Virus record (IMG/VR): IMGVR_UViG_3300027707_000028
Span: 1 to 48,710 of that record
Direction: 5' to 3' (one strand)
Source of the DNA: a virus
Taxonomy: Duplodnaviria > Caudoviricetes
Length of the DNA stretch: 48,710 nt
Below are positions 1-10,000 of this stretch, piece by piece; positions within the stretch are counted from its first letter, which is position 1, and each line of letters starts with the position of its first letter. The position numbers and the translations under genes were made by a program. Below the pieces are notes generated by a model. That model was not told the origin of the DNA, ran no database searches, and saw only the letters and a program-made list of their open reading frames with translations.

Positions 1-281
1 ACAGCGCAATGAAAGTGTATGTTAACACATATGCTGAGAACGACAACGTTCTTATCGGTTACAAAGGTGGTTCTGAGTCTGATGCAGCAGCATTCTATTG
101 CCCATACATTCCATTGATGAGCAGTGGAGTTGTTCTTGACCCAGCAACTTTCGAACCAGTCGTGTCATTCATGACACGTTATGGTTATGTTGAGTTGACA
201 AACACAGCTTCTTCTCTAGGTAATGCAGGTGACTACCTAGCGACTGTTGCTGTAACATCCGCTAACCTACGTTTTGCTTAA
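1..281 (+). CDS. gp23: Major capsid protein, C-terminal part (5' truncated by window edge)
   Basis: Frame is open from the window start. LIGYKG..E.DAAAFYCPYIPL and DPATFEPVVSFMTRYG are hallmark T4-type gp23 C-terminal motifs. Confidence 0.95.
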   Translation, partial: SAMKVYVNTYAENDNVLIGYKGGSESDAAAFYCPYIPLMSSGVVLDPATFEPVVSFMTRYGYVELTNTASSLGNAGDYLATVAVTSANLRFA

Positions 282-306
282 TCCGTAATACGTGTAGTGA
301 AAGTTC

Positions 307-334
307 AAAAAGGCTCTTCGGGGCCTTTTTGTTT
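307..334 (+). terminator. Rho-independent terminator after capsid gene
   Basis: AAAAAGGCTC-TTCG-GGGCCTTTTT: stem with a C(UUCG)G tetraloop and U-tract, typical of T4-like terminators; the A-tract on the left could make it bidirectional. Confidence 0.9.
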
Positions 335-338
335 GACT

Positions 339-344
339 TAAATA
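339..344 (+). promoter_or_regulatory. T4-like late promoter core TAAATA
   Basis: TAAATA 5 nt upstream of ATG 350; matches the core of the T4 gp55 late promoter TATAAATA and recurs before many genes here. Confidence 0.7.
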
Positions 345-349
345 GCAGG

Positions 350-619
350 ATGAAAGTAGAATCAGACAAGGATTTTAAACAACTTCGTGAACAGTTTAGT
401 GTATGGCGACATCGCTTTCCTATGTTTGTCCATGATGTACAGCGCATTGAAAAAATAATAAATCTGCATGTTACTGCGCACAGTAAAATAATGGTCATGT
501 ACAGACAGACCAAAAATCGCAGCTACTTAGAAAAAGCACAACAAGAGATTGACACTATTAACGTAGTAATATCTACAGTAGAAAAACTAGAGCTAATGGT
601 TCTATTAAGTAAAGGATAA
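350..619 (+). CDS. Hypothetical helical protein (89 aa)
   Basis: ORF 329..619; ATG 350 preferred because the upstream TTG lies inside the terminator. No recognisable motif. Confidence 0.7.
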   Translation: MKVESDKDFKQLREQFSVWRHRFPMFVHDVQRIEKIINLHVTAHSKIMVMYRQTKNRSYLEKAQQEIDTINVVISTVEKLELMVLLSKG

Positions 620-621
620 TT

Positions 622-1311
622 ATGGGAATTGAAAATTATTTTTTTAAAAACATTCATTCTGTGATATCACGGAATGATACAAAATCAAAGAAAAAAGTAT
701 TATCGTTGGGACATCCAGATTTGCTTCTTGATAAAGATTTTTTGCAAACAATATACGACGATAGTTTCATTGAAAAAATTCCCGAAGACGCATATCATGC
801 AGATATACGTAGATTACACAAAAGAGACACAAATTTTTTTATTTACGATCCTTATTTTATTTTTCAACAATACAATTACGAACTTTATATTTTAGATGTT
901 AAGCAACATAGAGGCAACGAAATAATAGTTGACTTAAATCACGAAATTGATCAACAATATTACGAATATTTTGATCTTATCCTAGACGGTGGGACACTGG
1001 AACATTGTTATAACATATCTCAGGCATTTAAAAATGTATGCCGAATGGTAAAAGTTGGAGGATTTTCTCTCCACTCAAATCCGATAAGCAGAATTAATCA
1101 TGGATATTTTAATTTCAATCCTTTATTTTACGATCATGGATTTAAAAAAAATGGATTTAACATACATGATTTATGCATACTTGATCGATCTCAATGCGTT
1201 CAAAATCTAAAAGAGATAAAAAGAGCTGGCGTAATACCACTAAAATCATCAGTTTTTTGTAAAGCAGAAAAAATAACACAAGAAAATTTTGTCTGGCCTT
1301 CGCAATACTAA
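622..1311 (+). CDS. Putative class I SAM-dependent methyltransferase-like protein
   Basis: VLSLG...LDV...IIVDLN...FDLILDGGTLEHCYN...MVKVGG pattern of Methyltransf_11-like proteins; AAGGA RBS; visibly AT-rich. Confidence 0.65.
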   Translation: MGIENYFFKNIHSVISRNDTKSKKKVLSLGHPDLLLDKDFLQTIYDDSFIEKIPEDAYHADIRRLHKRDTNFFIYDPYFIFQQYNYELYILDVKQHRGNEIIVDLNHEIDQQYYEYFDLILDGGTLEHCYNISQAFKNVCRMVKVGGFSLHSNPISRINHGYFNFNPLFYDHGFKKNGFNIHDLCILDRSQCVQNLKEIKRAGVIPLKSSVFCKAEKITQENFVWPSQY

Positions 1312-1317
1312 CGCGGA

Positions 1318-1323
1318 TAAATA
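1318..1323 (+). promoter_or_regulatory. Late promoter core TAAATA
   Basis: GGATAAATAAAG in the intergenic gap before 1392. Confidence 0.7.
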
Positions 1324-1328
1324 AAGTA

Positions 1329-1368
1329 TCTAGAATTTATTATGCGGTACCCGCCGCGTAGACCTAGA
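1329..1368 (+). other. Structured 5' leader (candidate cis-regulatory RNA)
   Basis: TATGCGG(1341-47)/CCGCGTA(1354-60) stem nested in TCTAG(1329-33)/CTAGA(1364-68), between the late promoter and AAGGAG RBS. Confidence 0.45.
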
Positions 1369-1391
1369 ACGTCAAATTAAGGAGAAACAAA

Positions 1392-1787
1392 ATGGGACGT
1401 CCACTAAACAAGAAATTTTTTGGTTTATTAACTGATGGTACTAACATCACAGTAAACTGCCAAGTAGGATCAAATGCAGAATCTGCAGTAGGTTATATCT
1501 TACGCCAACGCTCATCGAAGAGATTTTTAGTCAACGATGCCAAAGACGGTACAGCAGTATTACCAGGCGGCGCAGGCACAGGCAATGTAGGAGTTTGCCA
1601 ATTAGTAAATGCGGCAGACGGTGCATTAGGTGCAAATGAAATGAGCATCATGGGCGAATTCAACGGCCAGGGTATAAGAATAGCCAAGTTGACCAACAAG
1701 ATCGCTGTAGATTATAACGGCACAAGATACAAATGGACAATAACCAACGACTCTACGACCAGCATACTTTCTTTAACGACACCATAA
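1392..1787 (+). CDS. Hypothetical virion-associated protein (131 aa)
   Basis: Strong AAGGAG RBS, late promoter upstream, beta-rich composition; first gene of the structural block. Confidence 0.75.
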   Translation: MGRPLNKKFFGLLTDGTNITVNCQVGSNAESAVGYILRQRSSKRFLVNDAKDGTAVLPGGAGTGNVGVCQLVNAADGALGANEMSIMGEFNGQGIRIAKLTNKIAVDYNGTRYKWTITNDSTTSILSLTTP

Positions 1788-1800
1788 TCAAGGAAGTTTA

Positions 1801-2859
1801 ATGGGACAGTTTCTCAGAGTCAGTGGTGACTACAACATTCGAGCAGGTGATGGTGCCAAGATAACACTTGACACTGGCCCTGCTGTGAGTGGAGGTTCGG
1901 TACGAGTAACTGGTAATCTTGTGGTAGAAGGTAATACTGTTAATGTTAGTGCCACCAACTTAGCCATTGAAGACAACATTATATCGCTGAACACTGGAGA
2001 AGTTGGCCCGGGTGTCACGCTAGGATATTCTGGTATTGAAATTGAACGTGGCAACACCACCACAGTATCACCGCAGAACAACGCCAGCTTTCTCTATGAT
2101 GAAAGCACTGACTCCTGGATTCTAGCACATGGCTCAGCACCGGGACCGTTTAACTTTGATAGCAGCAGTCTCCGCCTTAAACAAATACTAACTAATTCTA
2201 CAACAGATTCGGGTGACCTTACACTGATAGGCACAGGAACAGGAGTAGTTAAGGTTGGTGATCGAGGCGGATCTGGATACGAAACATTAGTGACAGATGA
2301 TGATGATGTTCCCAACAAGAAATTTGTTGATGATGCAATTCAAAATAATCCCACATTTCAGATCGTAGCACCTCAGAGTCAAGATACCAGAGTGGTTATT
2401 GCAGACAAAGAAATAACACCTAACATTTCAGGCCAAGCTGGATCTCTGGCATATTTTACAGCAACTACTAGTTATAACACCTTTGGTGAGAGCGCAGTTT
2501 CAATAATAGTAGACAATGCTCTAGTCGGACAGTTCTATGCAAATAGGTTTGAGGTCGGCGATTTAGAAATTGGTGGTGGCTTGGATCGCAATGAGATCAC
2601 CAGTCGTGCTGGAATAACCAATGAAAACATCTTTATCAGAACTCAAGGAACAGGCAAACTACATACAAATTATGCCATACAGTTTGAAAAAATCGGCACC
2701 GTCCCTAGTTATGTTTCAAATAATGTTCTAGTATATGCAGCCGAGCCAGGCACAGGCACCTCGGGTGTATATTTTGTCAATGACAGCGCAGAAACTGCTA
2801 GACAGAACGGCGAGCTGATAAGTAAAAACAAAGCACTGGTATTCAGTATGCTATTTTAA
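1801..2859 (+). CDS. Putative virion structural/fibre protein (352 aa)
   Basis: G/T/S/N-rich beta-repeat character (VRVTGNLVVEG, IEDNIISLN, GIEIERG) typical of T4-like fibre proteins. Confidence 0.7.
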   Translation: MGQFLRVSGDYNIRAGDGAKITLDTGPAVSGGSVRVTGNLVVEGNTVNVSATNLAIEDNIISLNTGEVGPGVTLGYSGIEIERGNTTTVSPQNNASFLYDESTDSWILAHGSAPGPFNFDSSSLRLKQILTNSTTDSGDLTLIGTGTGVVKVGDRGGSGYETLVTDDDDVPNKKFVDDAIQNNPTFQIVAPQSQDTRVVIADKEITPNISGQAGSLAYFTATTSYNTFGESAVSIIVDNALVGQFYANRFEVGDLEIGGGLDRNEITSRAGITNENIFIRTQGTGKLHTNYAIQFEKIGTVPSYVSNNVLVYAAEPGTGTSGVYFVNDSAETARQNGELISKNKALVFSMLF

Positions 2860-2868
2860 GAGACGACT

Positions 2869-3270
2869 ATGATAAGAAATTATGAAAATCCAGAAGGCAC
2901 ACTATCACTGATAGATTCCAGCAGCGTCACAGTTCCTGTAAAAGTTTTTACCAGTTCAACCACAGGTGCTCCGATTGCAGGCGGTGTCACAGGTAGAGAA
3001 AACGCTGTGACCACCATAGCATTGTGCAACACCGCAGCACCGGATCCAGCAGACGAAACAACTAATTCAGTTACAGTTAACATCTATGTGGTTCGCAGCG
3101 GACTGAGTTATGGACCTGGTAATCTTGTGGTTAACAGCCTAGTTGTGCCTGCAGGCGAAACTGTGTTTTTCTCAGAAGAACGCATAGTGACAGCCAGTGG
3201 TGATGCTATATGGGTTGGTACCTCAACGGCTGCGAGGTTGGCTGTTACTGTGAGTGTTCTAGCAGTATGA
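2869..3270 (+). CDS. Small beta-rich virion protein (family with 6282 and 20503)
   Basis: AVTTIALCN...VTVNIYVV...VPAGET...ERIV...GDAIWV...VTVS pattern shared with two other small ORFs. Confidence 0.7.
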   Translation: MIRNYENPEGTLSLIDSSSVTVPVKVFTSSTTGAPIAGGVTGRENAVTTIALCNTAAPDPADETTNSVTVNIYVVRSGLSYGPGNLVVNSLVVPAGETVFFSEERIVTASGDAIWVGTSTAARLAVTVSVLAV

Positions 3271-3992
3271 AATTCTTAAAGACCAAAAATATTTCGCAGT
3301 TCAGCATCAACGATCGTGCGTTGATCTATTACCCAGCCGGTAATGGACCGGGCAACAGAGTGGTAGTCAACGCCAACGGAGGCATGATGCTGCCCAAAGG
3401 CACAACAGCACAACGTCCACAGCTGACCAGTGTACGACAGCCCACAGATGCCAACGGCACTATTAGATATAACACAACTATTCCTGCACTAGAAGCTTAT
3501 GTAGGAGGAGCGTGGGTCACAGTGGCCAGCCCATTTGGTGCTGCTATTACCAAACAAACACTAGGTCCAGGAGACGGTACCAGTACTATTTTTGGACCGT
3601 TAAACACTACTTATGCACCATCATATGCTGCCAGTGCAGACAATGTGTTGGTATTGGTAGAAAACGTCATGCAGATTTCTACCACTAACTTTGGTATATC
3701 TCAAAATCCTTCAGCCACAGGAACAGGTGCTGAAATCAATGCCACGGCATTGAGCAGTGCCAACAACGGTACTGATTATGTGATCACCGCAGTTGGAACC
3801 ACGGACTTCACCACTTCTGGTGCAGGTGCTAACACAGTAGGAACGGTATTTACAAAAAGTGGCGGAACACCCACAGGCACAGGTAAAGTGCGAGTTGCTG
3901 GATATTACCTTTCATTTACATCAGCAATACCAAACACCGGAGGAGGCGGCAATCCAGTCTACGTAACTGTATACTACGGATACGCCAACTAA
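3267..3992 (+). CDS. Putative virion structural protein (241 aa)
   Basis: Start moved to ATG 3267 (ATGA overlap with the previous stop). Contains the LPKGTTAQRP...GTIRYNT...LEAY.GG.W module and GDGTSTIF. Confidence 0.75.
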   Translation: MKFLKTKNISQFSINDRALIYYPAGNGPGNRVVVNANGGMMLPKGTTAQRPQLTSVRQPTDANGTIRYNTTIPALEAYVGGAWVTVASPFGAAITKQTLGPGDGTSTIFGPLNTTYAPSYAASADNVLVLVENVMQISTTNFGISQNPSATGTGAEINATALSSANNGTDYVITAVGTTDFTTSGAGANTVGTVFTKSGGTPTGTGKVRVAGYYLSFTSAIPNTGGGGNPVYVTVYYGYAN

Positions 3993-3994
3993 CA

Positions 3995-5092
3995 ATGAGT
4001 CAATTGGGGCGCATAGGTGGACAGGTACTCACAGATAATCTGTTACGTGCCGGTGTTGACCTTGCGTTTGAAACTGATCTACTGTATCTTAATGTAACCA
4101 ATCAACAGATTGGTATAAGAGACTCGTCTCCTGTTTACACTCTTGATGTTAACAACAACATTTACACCGATGATCTCACAGCAGTCACTCAACTTGCTCC
4201 GGGTAATTTGCGTTTTAATGCTCCTAACACTATTTCTACCAGCGTGGGCGGCATTGATGTGTATATCAACGGCAGCGGTGACATCTTTCATGATAGACTT
4301 GGCACAGACAATCTTATCCTAGATGGCAATCTTATATCTAGTATATCTAACAGCAACATAGTGTTAGACACCAATGGCTCTGGCACAGTAGAGTTAAGAG
4401 CCGATACCAACATCACCGGGGATCTTGCAGTCAGCGGAAATATTAATATCAGCGGCAATCTCTCAAATCAAGGCACACTGACCTTTGGTGATAACCAAAC
4501 ATTTGACACCGTGACCATAAACACTGATTTCACACAGAGTATTATACCTGGAGATGATCTTACATTTGCTATGGGAGCCGACGCAGGTGATTCTACTGCA
4601 AGACGTTGGAGTCAATCTCATGCACCCGATTGGACTTATATCACAACTGGTGCATGGCCCGGAAGCGGCATCGTACCGTTGTCCGCTACAATCAGTGATC
4701 AATTAACTCTTGATGGAATAATTAATAAAATATCAGCCACGCAGAGCAATGATGACGTGCGATTATTGCCGTTTACCGGTATCACACGCATAGAAGCCAC
4801 ACAATGGCAGAACAACGATATTACCAATCTTTTAAATACACCTCTAACTTTTGTCAGTACTGGGATCGGGTACACAAGATTTATGGGAGACAACGGTGTT
4901 GTGATCCCTGCAGGTACATCTGGACAACGACCTGCAAGTCCTGAACTAGGCGAAACTCGATGGAATGTCACTGAACAATATCTCGAATGTTATGATGGCT
5001 CAGTGTATTTGATAGCCACCGGCGGCGGCGATCTTGTCACGCAACAGTTCATGGAAGATCTTGGATTTATATACAGTGCTATACTGGGATAA
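3995..5092 (+). CDS. Putative fibre/virion protein (365 aa), paralog of 5222..6274
   Basis: N-terminus GRIGGQVLTDNLLRAGVDLAFETDLLYL; C-terminal IPAGTSGQRP...GETRWN module. Confidence 0.75.
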   Translation: MSQLGRIGGQVLTDNLLRAGVDLAFETDLLYLNVTNQQIGIRDSSPVYTLDVNNNIYTDDLTAVTQLAPGNLRFNAPNTISTSVGGIDVYINGSGDIFHDRLGTDNLILDGNLISSISNSNIVLDTNGSGTVELRADTNITGDLAVSGNINISGNLSNQGTLTFGDNQTFDTVTINTDFTQSIIPGDDLTFAMGADAGDSTARRWSQSHAPDWTYITTGAWPGSGIVPLSATISDQLTLDGIINKISATQSNDDVRLLPFTGITRIEATQWQNNDITNLLNTPLTFVSTGIGYTRFMGDNGVVIPAGTSGQRPASPELGETRWNVTEQYLECYDGSVYLIATGGGDLVTQQFMEDLGFIYSAILG

Positions 5093-5104
5093 TGCCAAAA
5101 TTGA

Positions 5105-5110
5105 TAAATA
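5105..5110 (+). promoter_or_regulatory. Late promoter core TAAATA
   Basis: TTGATAAATAAG at the start of a 129-nt intergenic gap. Confidence 0.7.
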
Positions 5111-5216
5111 AGTTTAATTGCAGAAAAGACCATTTTTGCAGGATTCGACTGCGGTAAACCGGCAAAGAGCGCAAGCTGAGAATCTGGTTAACGGTGTAAC
5201 ACCGGGTAAATTGGAG
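5111..5216 (+). ncRNA. Candidate multi-stem structured leader RNA
   Basis: Five predicted helices: TGCAGAAA/TTTTTGCA; GGATTC/GAATCT enclosing TGC-GG(TAAA)CC-G-GCA and AGC(GCAA)GCT; CGGTG(TAA)CACCG; followed by GGAG RBS. Confidence 0.55.
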
Positions 5217-5221
5217 AGCTA

Positions 5222-6274
5222 ATGGCTATCGGTCGCATTTCCGGTCAGCTCTTGAAGTCAAATCTTCTTCGCGCAGGCGAAAATTTGGCATTCGAGACAG
5301 ACTTACTCTATCTAGATGTTGTGAATTCTCGAATCGGAATACGCACAGCGACCCCTACGGTTGACCTCGATGTCAACGGACACACCCGGTCTACAAATAT
5401 CACCGTAGACAATCAATTAAATATCGGAAACCTACACTTCACTGGTAACACAATCACCAGTGATTCCAGCACCATAAATTTTGCAGCAGCAGCAGGCGAA
5501 GCCACAGTTTATCATTCAAGACTGCAGATAGACGATCTACAATTGCAGGGCAACATCATATCAACCACTGTCAGCAACAGCTCGATAGAAATTGATCCCA
5601 ACGGCTCAGGCACAGTTAACATCATAGCCAATACCAACATCACCGGAAATCTCGTGGTATCAGGCAATGTTAATGCCACTGGAAATATAGTCATCGGTGG
5701 TAATATAACCATTGGTGATGCTCTCACAGACAACATTGTGATCAACGCCAGCATTCGCAGTGATCTAGTACCAGAAACTGATAACACTTACGATTTAGGA
5801 TCCGCCACATATAGATGGCGAGCTATTTACGTTAATGAGTTTTTTACAACTGCATTAAATGTTCCAACGCTGGATGTTGGAAACCTGATGTTCCGTGACA
5901 ACGAAATCACTACTACTACTGGTCAGGATCTTTACATTGACGGAAACGGTGCGGGTGGGGTGATATTAGGCAATTTCCGTATAGTAGATAATGTTATTAC
6001 AAATGTGTCTACAAATGCAATTACACAAATAGCACAGAGCGGCACAGGATATTTCAAGATACAAGGCACCAACGGTTTTGTTCCACCTAGGGGCAACGAC
6101 GCAGAGCGCCCAACTGCATATGCAGTGTTGGGTATGACCAGATATAATACAAACTCAAAGGCTTTAGAAATATGGGACGGTATATCATGGGCATCTCCAG
6201 CAGGTGCATCAGGAGCTGTTTCAGAAGTTGGTGCCAACGACATTTCAGCATCATTTGCTATTGCACTAGGATAA
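5222..6274 (+). CDS. Putative fibre/virion protein (350 aa), paralog of 3995..5092
   Basis: GRISGQLLKSNLLRAGENLAFETDLLYL; NITGNLVVSGNVNATGNI beta repeats; P.TDNTYDLGS...RWR motif; ends FAIALG. Confidence 0.8.
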   Translation: MAIGRISGQLLKSNLLRAGENLAFETDLLYLDVVNSRIGIRTATPTVDLDVNGHTRSTNITVDNQLNIGNLHFTGNTITSDSSTINFAAAAGEATVYHSRLQIDDLQLQGNIISTTVSNSSIEIDPNGSGTVNIIANTNITGNLVVSGNVNATGNIVIGGNITIGDALTDNIVINASIRSDLVPETDNTYDLGSATYRWRAIYVNEFFTTALNVPTLDVGNLMFRDNEITTTTGQDLYIDGNGAGGVILGNFRIVDNVITNVSTNAITQIAQSGTGYFKIQGTNGFVPPRGNDAERPTAYAVLGMTRYNTNSKALEIWDGISWASPAGASGAVSEVGANDISASFAIALG

Positions 6275-6281
6275 AAATAAA

Positions 6282-6614
6282 ATGCCAACCCTATTTAGAC
6301 ACGCAGTCACAACATCAGTAGGTATTACACCGGTAGATGTGTTACAGATTCAAGAAGGAGTTAGAGCCACTGTGATTGGTTGTAATATTGCCAACGTCAC
6401 TGACTATGACACTGTGGTTGTCAACATGTATGTAGTTGACGAAAACTCTACGCAAGCTACCTATGTGAGAGGTATTATCATAGCGCCTAACACTACGGCC
6501 AAAATTATCACACAAGGTGAAAAATTAATTTTACCTGCAACATCGGGAATTCGGATTGAAACAGATACCGAGGACAGCGTGGATGTTGTGATCAGCTATG
6601 TTGAAATATCATAA
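6282..6614 (+). CDS. Small beta-rich virion protein (110 aa)
   Basis: ATVIGCNIAN...GEKLIL...IRIE...VDVVISYVEIS; similar to 2869 and 20503. Confidence 0.75.
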   Translation: MPTLFRHAVTTSVGITPVDVLQIQEGVRATVIGCNIANVTDYDTVVVNMYVVDENSTQATYVRGIIIAPNTTAKIITQGEKLILPATSGIRIETDTEDSVDVVISYVEIS

Positions 6615-6623
6615 GGATATATT

Positions 6624-6989
6624 ATGCCAAGCCCATATTATTTAGGTCAAAGCCCAGATGAAGCACTAGGAGATTCACCAAGGTATTGGTATGCCCTGCG
6701 CAGGAATCAAGACGGAGAACTGTTTCTTTTAAGAAGTGATCAACTCAAGGACAAAGACAGCATCGAATTAAATCTTCCCGGCGCACCAGATGAAAACTTT
6801 GAAGATTTTGAACCAGGGATTGACTATTTTGACGGCATCACACAAGATCACGAAGTGGAATATGATAATTTGGTGTGGACTCAATATCGCTGGGACAACA
6901 GAAACATGTTGTACTACATCGACAATCAGGGAAGACTAACACAAAGAATAAATCAGGGATACACCTATCCTACCGGACATTCAAGTTAA
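6624..6989 (+). CDS. Hypothetical protein (121 aa, acidic)
   Basis: AAGGA RBS; fills the gap in the structural operon. Confidence 0.75.
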   Translation: MPSPYYLGQSPDEALGDSPRYWYALRRNQDGELFLLRSDQLKDKDSIELNLPGAPDENFEDFEPGIDYFDGITQDHEVEYDNLVWTQYRWDNRNMLYYIDNQGRLTQRINQGYTYPTGHSS

Positions 6990-7002
6990 AACGGAATAAA
7001 TT

Positions 7003-10000
7003 ATGGCAGAATTTAGAATCAGTAGAATTAGATATACATGGAGAAACTCGTGGAGTACAACCACGGTGTACAATCGTGATGATGTGATAAGATACGGCGG
7101 ATCTACATGGATCTGCCAACGTCAACACACCGCTGCAACATTTTCCGCTGATCAAATATATCTAGCCAACGAAAACGACACAGCGCCAACACCTGCCTGG
7201 CTGAAAATGACCGACGGCTACGCATGGAGAGCTGCTTGGGCTATCACTACTTTATATAATCCAGGCGATCTTGCTTTATATGGCGGAGTGATATATCTAT
7301 GCGTTGCTAGCCATACTTCAGCAGCCACATTTGATGCCGGCTTAGCAAATTGGGCCGTGTATCTTTCTGCAGACAATTGGCGATCAGCATGGGCTCCTGC
7401 CACACGCTACGGCATCGGAGATATAGCAAGATACAACGGAGTGGTCTATCGTTGCATAGTAGGACATACATCGTCAACTACAGCGTTAGGATTAGAGATA
7501 GGTAACAATGATACTCAAGATGACAGCACAGGCGAGTTATGGCAGGTCTATTACGAAGGTATAGCCTATGCTGGCGCATGGACCGCAGCTACAAGATATC
7601 GTGCTAACGATTTAGTTAAGTACGGTGGAAGCGTATTACGTTGCACTATAGGACATGTTGCAACATCATATATAACAAATGCTAACTTTGTCACAGAATT
7701 TTCTGGACAGAATTTTTACAACTCGTGGACCATCACAGTTTACTACGCTGTCGGAGACATAGTTAGACATGGTGGATATCTCTATGTAGCTGCCGCTAAC
7801 AATTACGCCAGTATAAGCCCAGTAGAAGACACTGCAAACTGGACACTATTATCCAAGGCAGTGAATTTTGTAGGTACATGGAATTCAGATGTTGATTATA
7901 AAATTGGCGATGTTGTGCGACGAGGAGGAAATCTCTATGTAGCCACAGCAGATACCACCAACGATGGCAGTTCATTGGATTATTTAGATGCAGGAAATTG
8001 GGAAGTAGTTACCACGTCTCAATCTTGGCGCGGCTCATGGACTCTAGACAACATCTATAGTGTCAACGATATAGTGGTATATTTTGGTAACACATATGCC
8101 TGTAATTTTGAACACACCGCTGCTGATCAAAATCTTCCAGGGGACAACGGATCGGGTTTCTTCTATTGGGATCTAATTCTACAGGCTGGCCAACTGTCTG
8201 GCATGAGTCAACGAGGAGATCTGCTGACCTTTGATCTTTCAAGGACATTGCAAGGAGACGGTAGCTCATTTGGCCCTACATCTGTACCTATTGGAGAGTC
8301 TGACCAAGTAGTCATAGTCAACGACCAAAACGGAGTTGACTATGCACACTGGGGCGATCTTGCTAGAGTGAGATATGTGAGTGTAAATGGTGTTGATGAT
8401 GACACAGATCCAGAAAGTGGTACAAGTCAGTTCCTTCCTTGGAGAACCATACGCTACGCCTGCGAACACGCGGATGACGGGTTTGCCGGTAACACCACTA
8501 TTAAAGTTGCAGTGGGAGAATATGTAGAGATTACCCCTATCATAGTACCACGCAACACTGTGGTCCTAGGCGCAGAATTGAGATCCACAACTATCAAACC
8601 GTCTCCATCGATAGTATCTACAACAGATCGTCTCTATACCATTGCAGTATTGAATAGACTCTCAGGAGTAATACAGGCGATTGTAGCAGGAACAGCAATT
8701 AGTCCTGCAAAATCTGCAGGTAATATATTAGATCCTGTAATCGTAACTGAGTCAGTATCTGTGCCATTTAATCCTGTGCAGTATGATGCCCTCGGCAATC
8801 AAATTTATGACGAAGTGATACAACCTCGAGCTACCAGCAGTGTTGCTGCAATAGCTATTCAGGCTAAAATTGCCAACATGATATCCTATATTAATTTTTA
8901 TATTAATTCAACAGGTTTACCACCAACATTAGTGGGCACAAACACTGCGGTAACAACTGAAACATATGCCAACACTGTTTTACAACTAGAAGCCAACAAA
9001 GAATTCTTGGCTGCAGAAGCCGTGGCGTATATGCAGGCAACATACCCCGCATACGTATTCGACATAGAGTTATATAAAACAAATGTGCGTAGATATATAG
9101 ACGCCTGGAAATATGACATAATCTATACCGGTAATTATAAATCGTTGTTTGAAGCAAGATACTACAGAAACAGTGTGCTAGGTTGTACCGACACAGAAGA
9201 CATGTTCTATGTGAGAAATGCCACAGGCATCAGAAACTGCACATTGAAAGGTCTTGAGTCAACACTGAGTCCTCCGGTGGCATTTGAATTATATCAACTT
9301 CCATTAGGGGGCGCATATGTGTCACTAGATCCAGGATGGGGTACTGCAGACACACGCACATGGATCGATACCCGCTCTCCATATATTCAAGGTGTGACCA
9401 CCATAGGCACAGGCTGCGTTGGACAAAAAATCAACGGCGCTTTGCATGGTGGTGGCAATAGATCTATAGTGTCTAATGACTTTACCCAAGTACTCAGCGA
9501 TGGCATCGGTGCATGGGTGTTGAACAATGCCCGAGCTGAATTGGTATCTGTGTTCTCATACTATGCACACATCGGATACTTGGCACAAGATGGTGGAGTA
9601 ATCCGAGCCACCAACGGTAACAGCTCATACGGTAGCTACGGAGCAATTGCAGACGGCATCGACGCCACTGAAGTACCGCAAGTTGCAAGAAACTATACCA
9701 GAGCACAGCAGGCCATAGTGGCAGCAGCGTTTGCCGGAGACTTTGTTGACGAAATACAGATTTTAGAGTGGACCAATGCAGGACAAGACTATTCCAGTGC
9801 GACAGCTGAATTTACTGGAGCAGGTGTCAATGCCAGCGTGGTATTTGAAGATTTTCGAGATGATGCTGTGTTTGAAGCTAGGATCCTAGATGCCAATGCA
9901 GGCACTGCAACCATTGCGCAGTCCATAGGAGGGGGTGGGTACATCCTGGTACAGAACAACGCCCAGACCGGCACGGCTACTACTATTACCATAGCTACCA

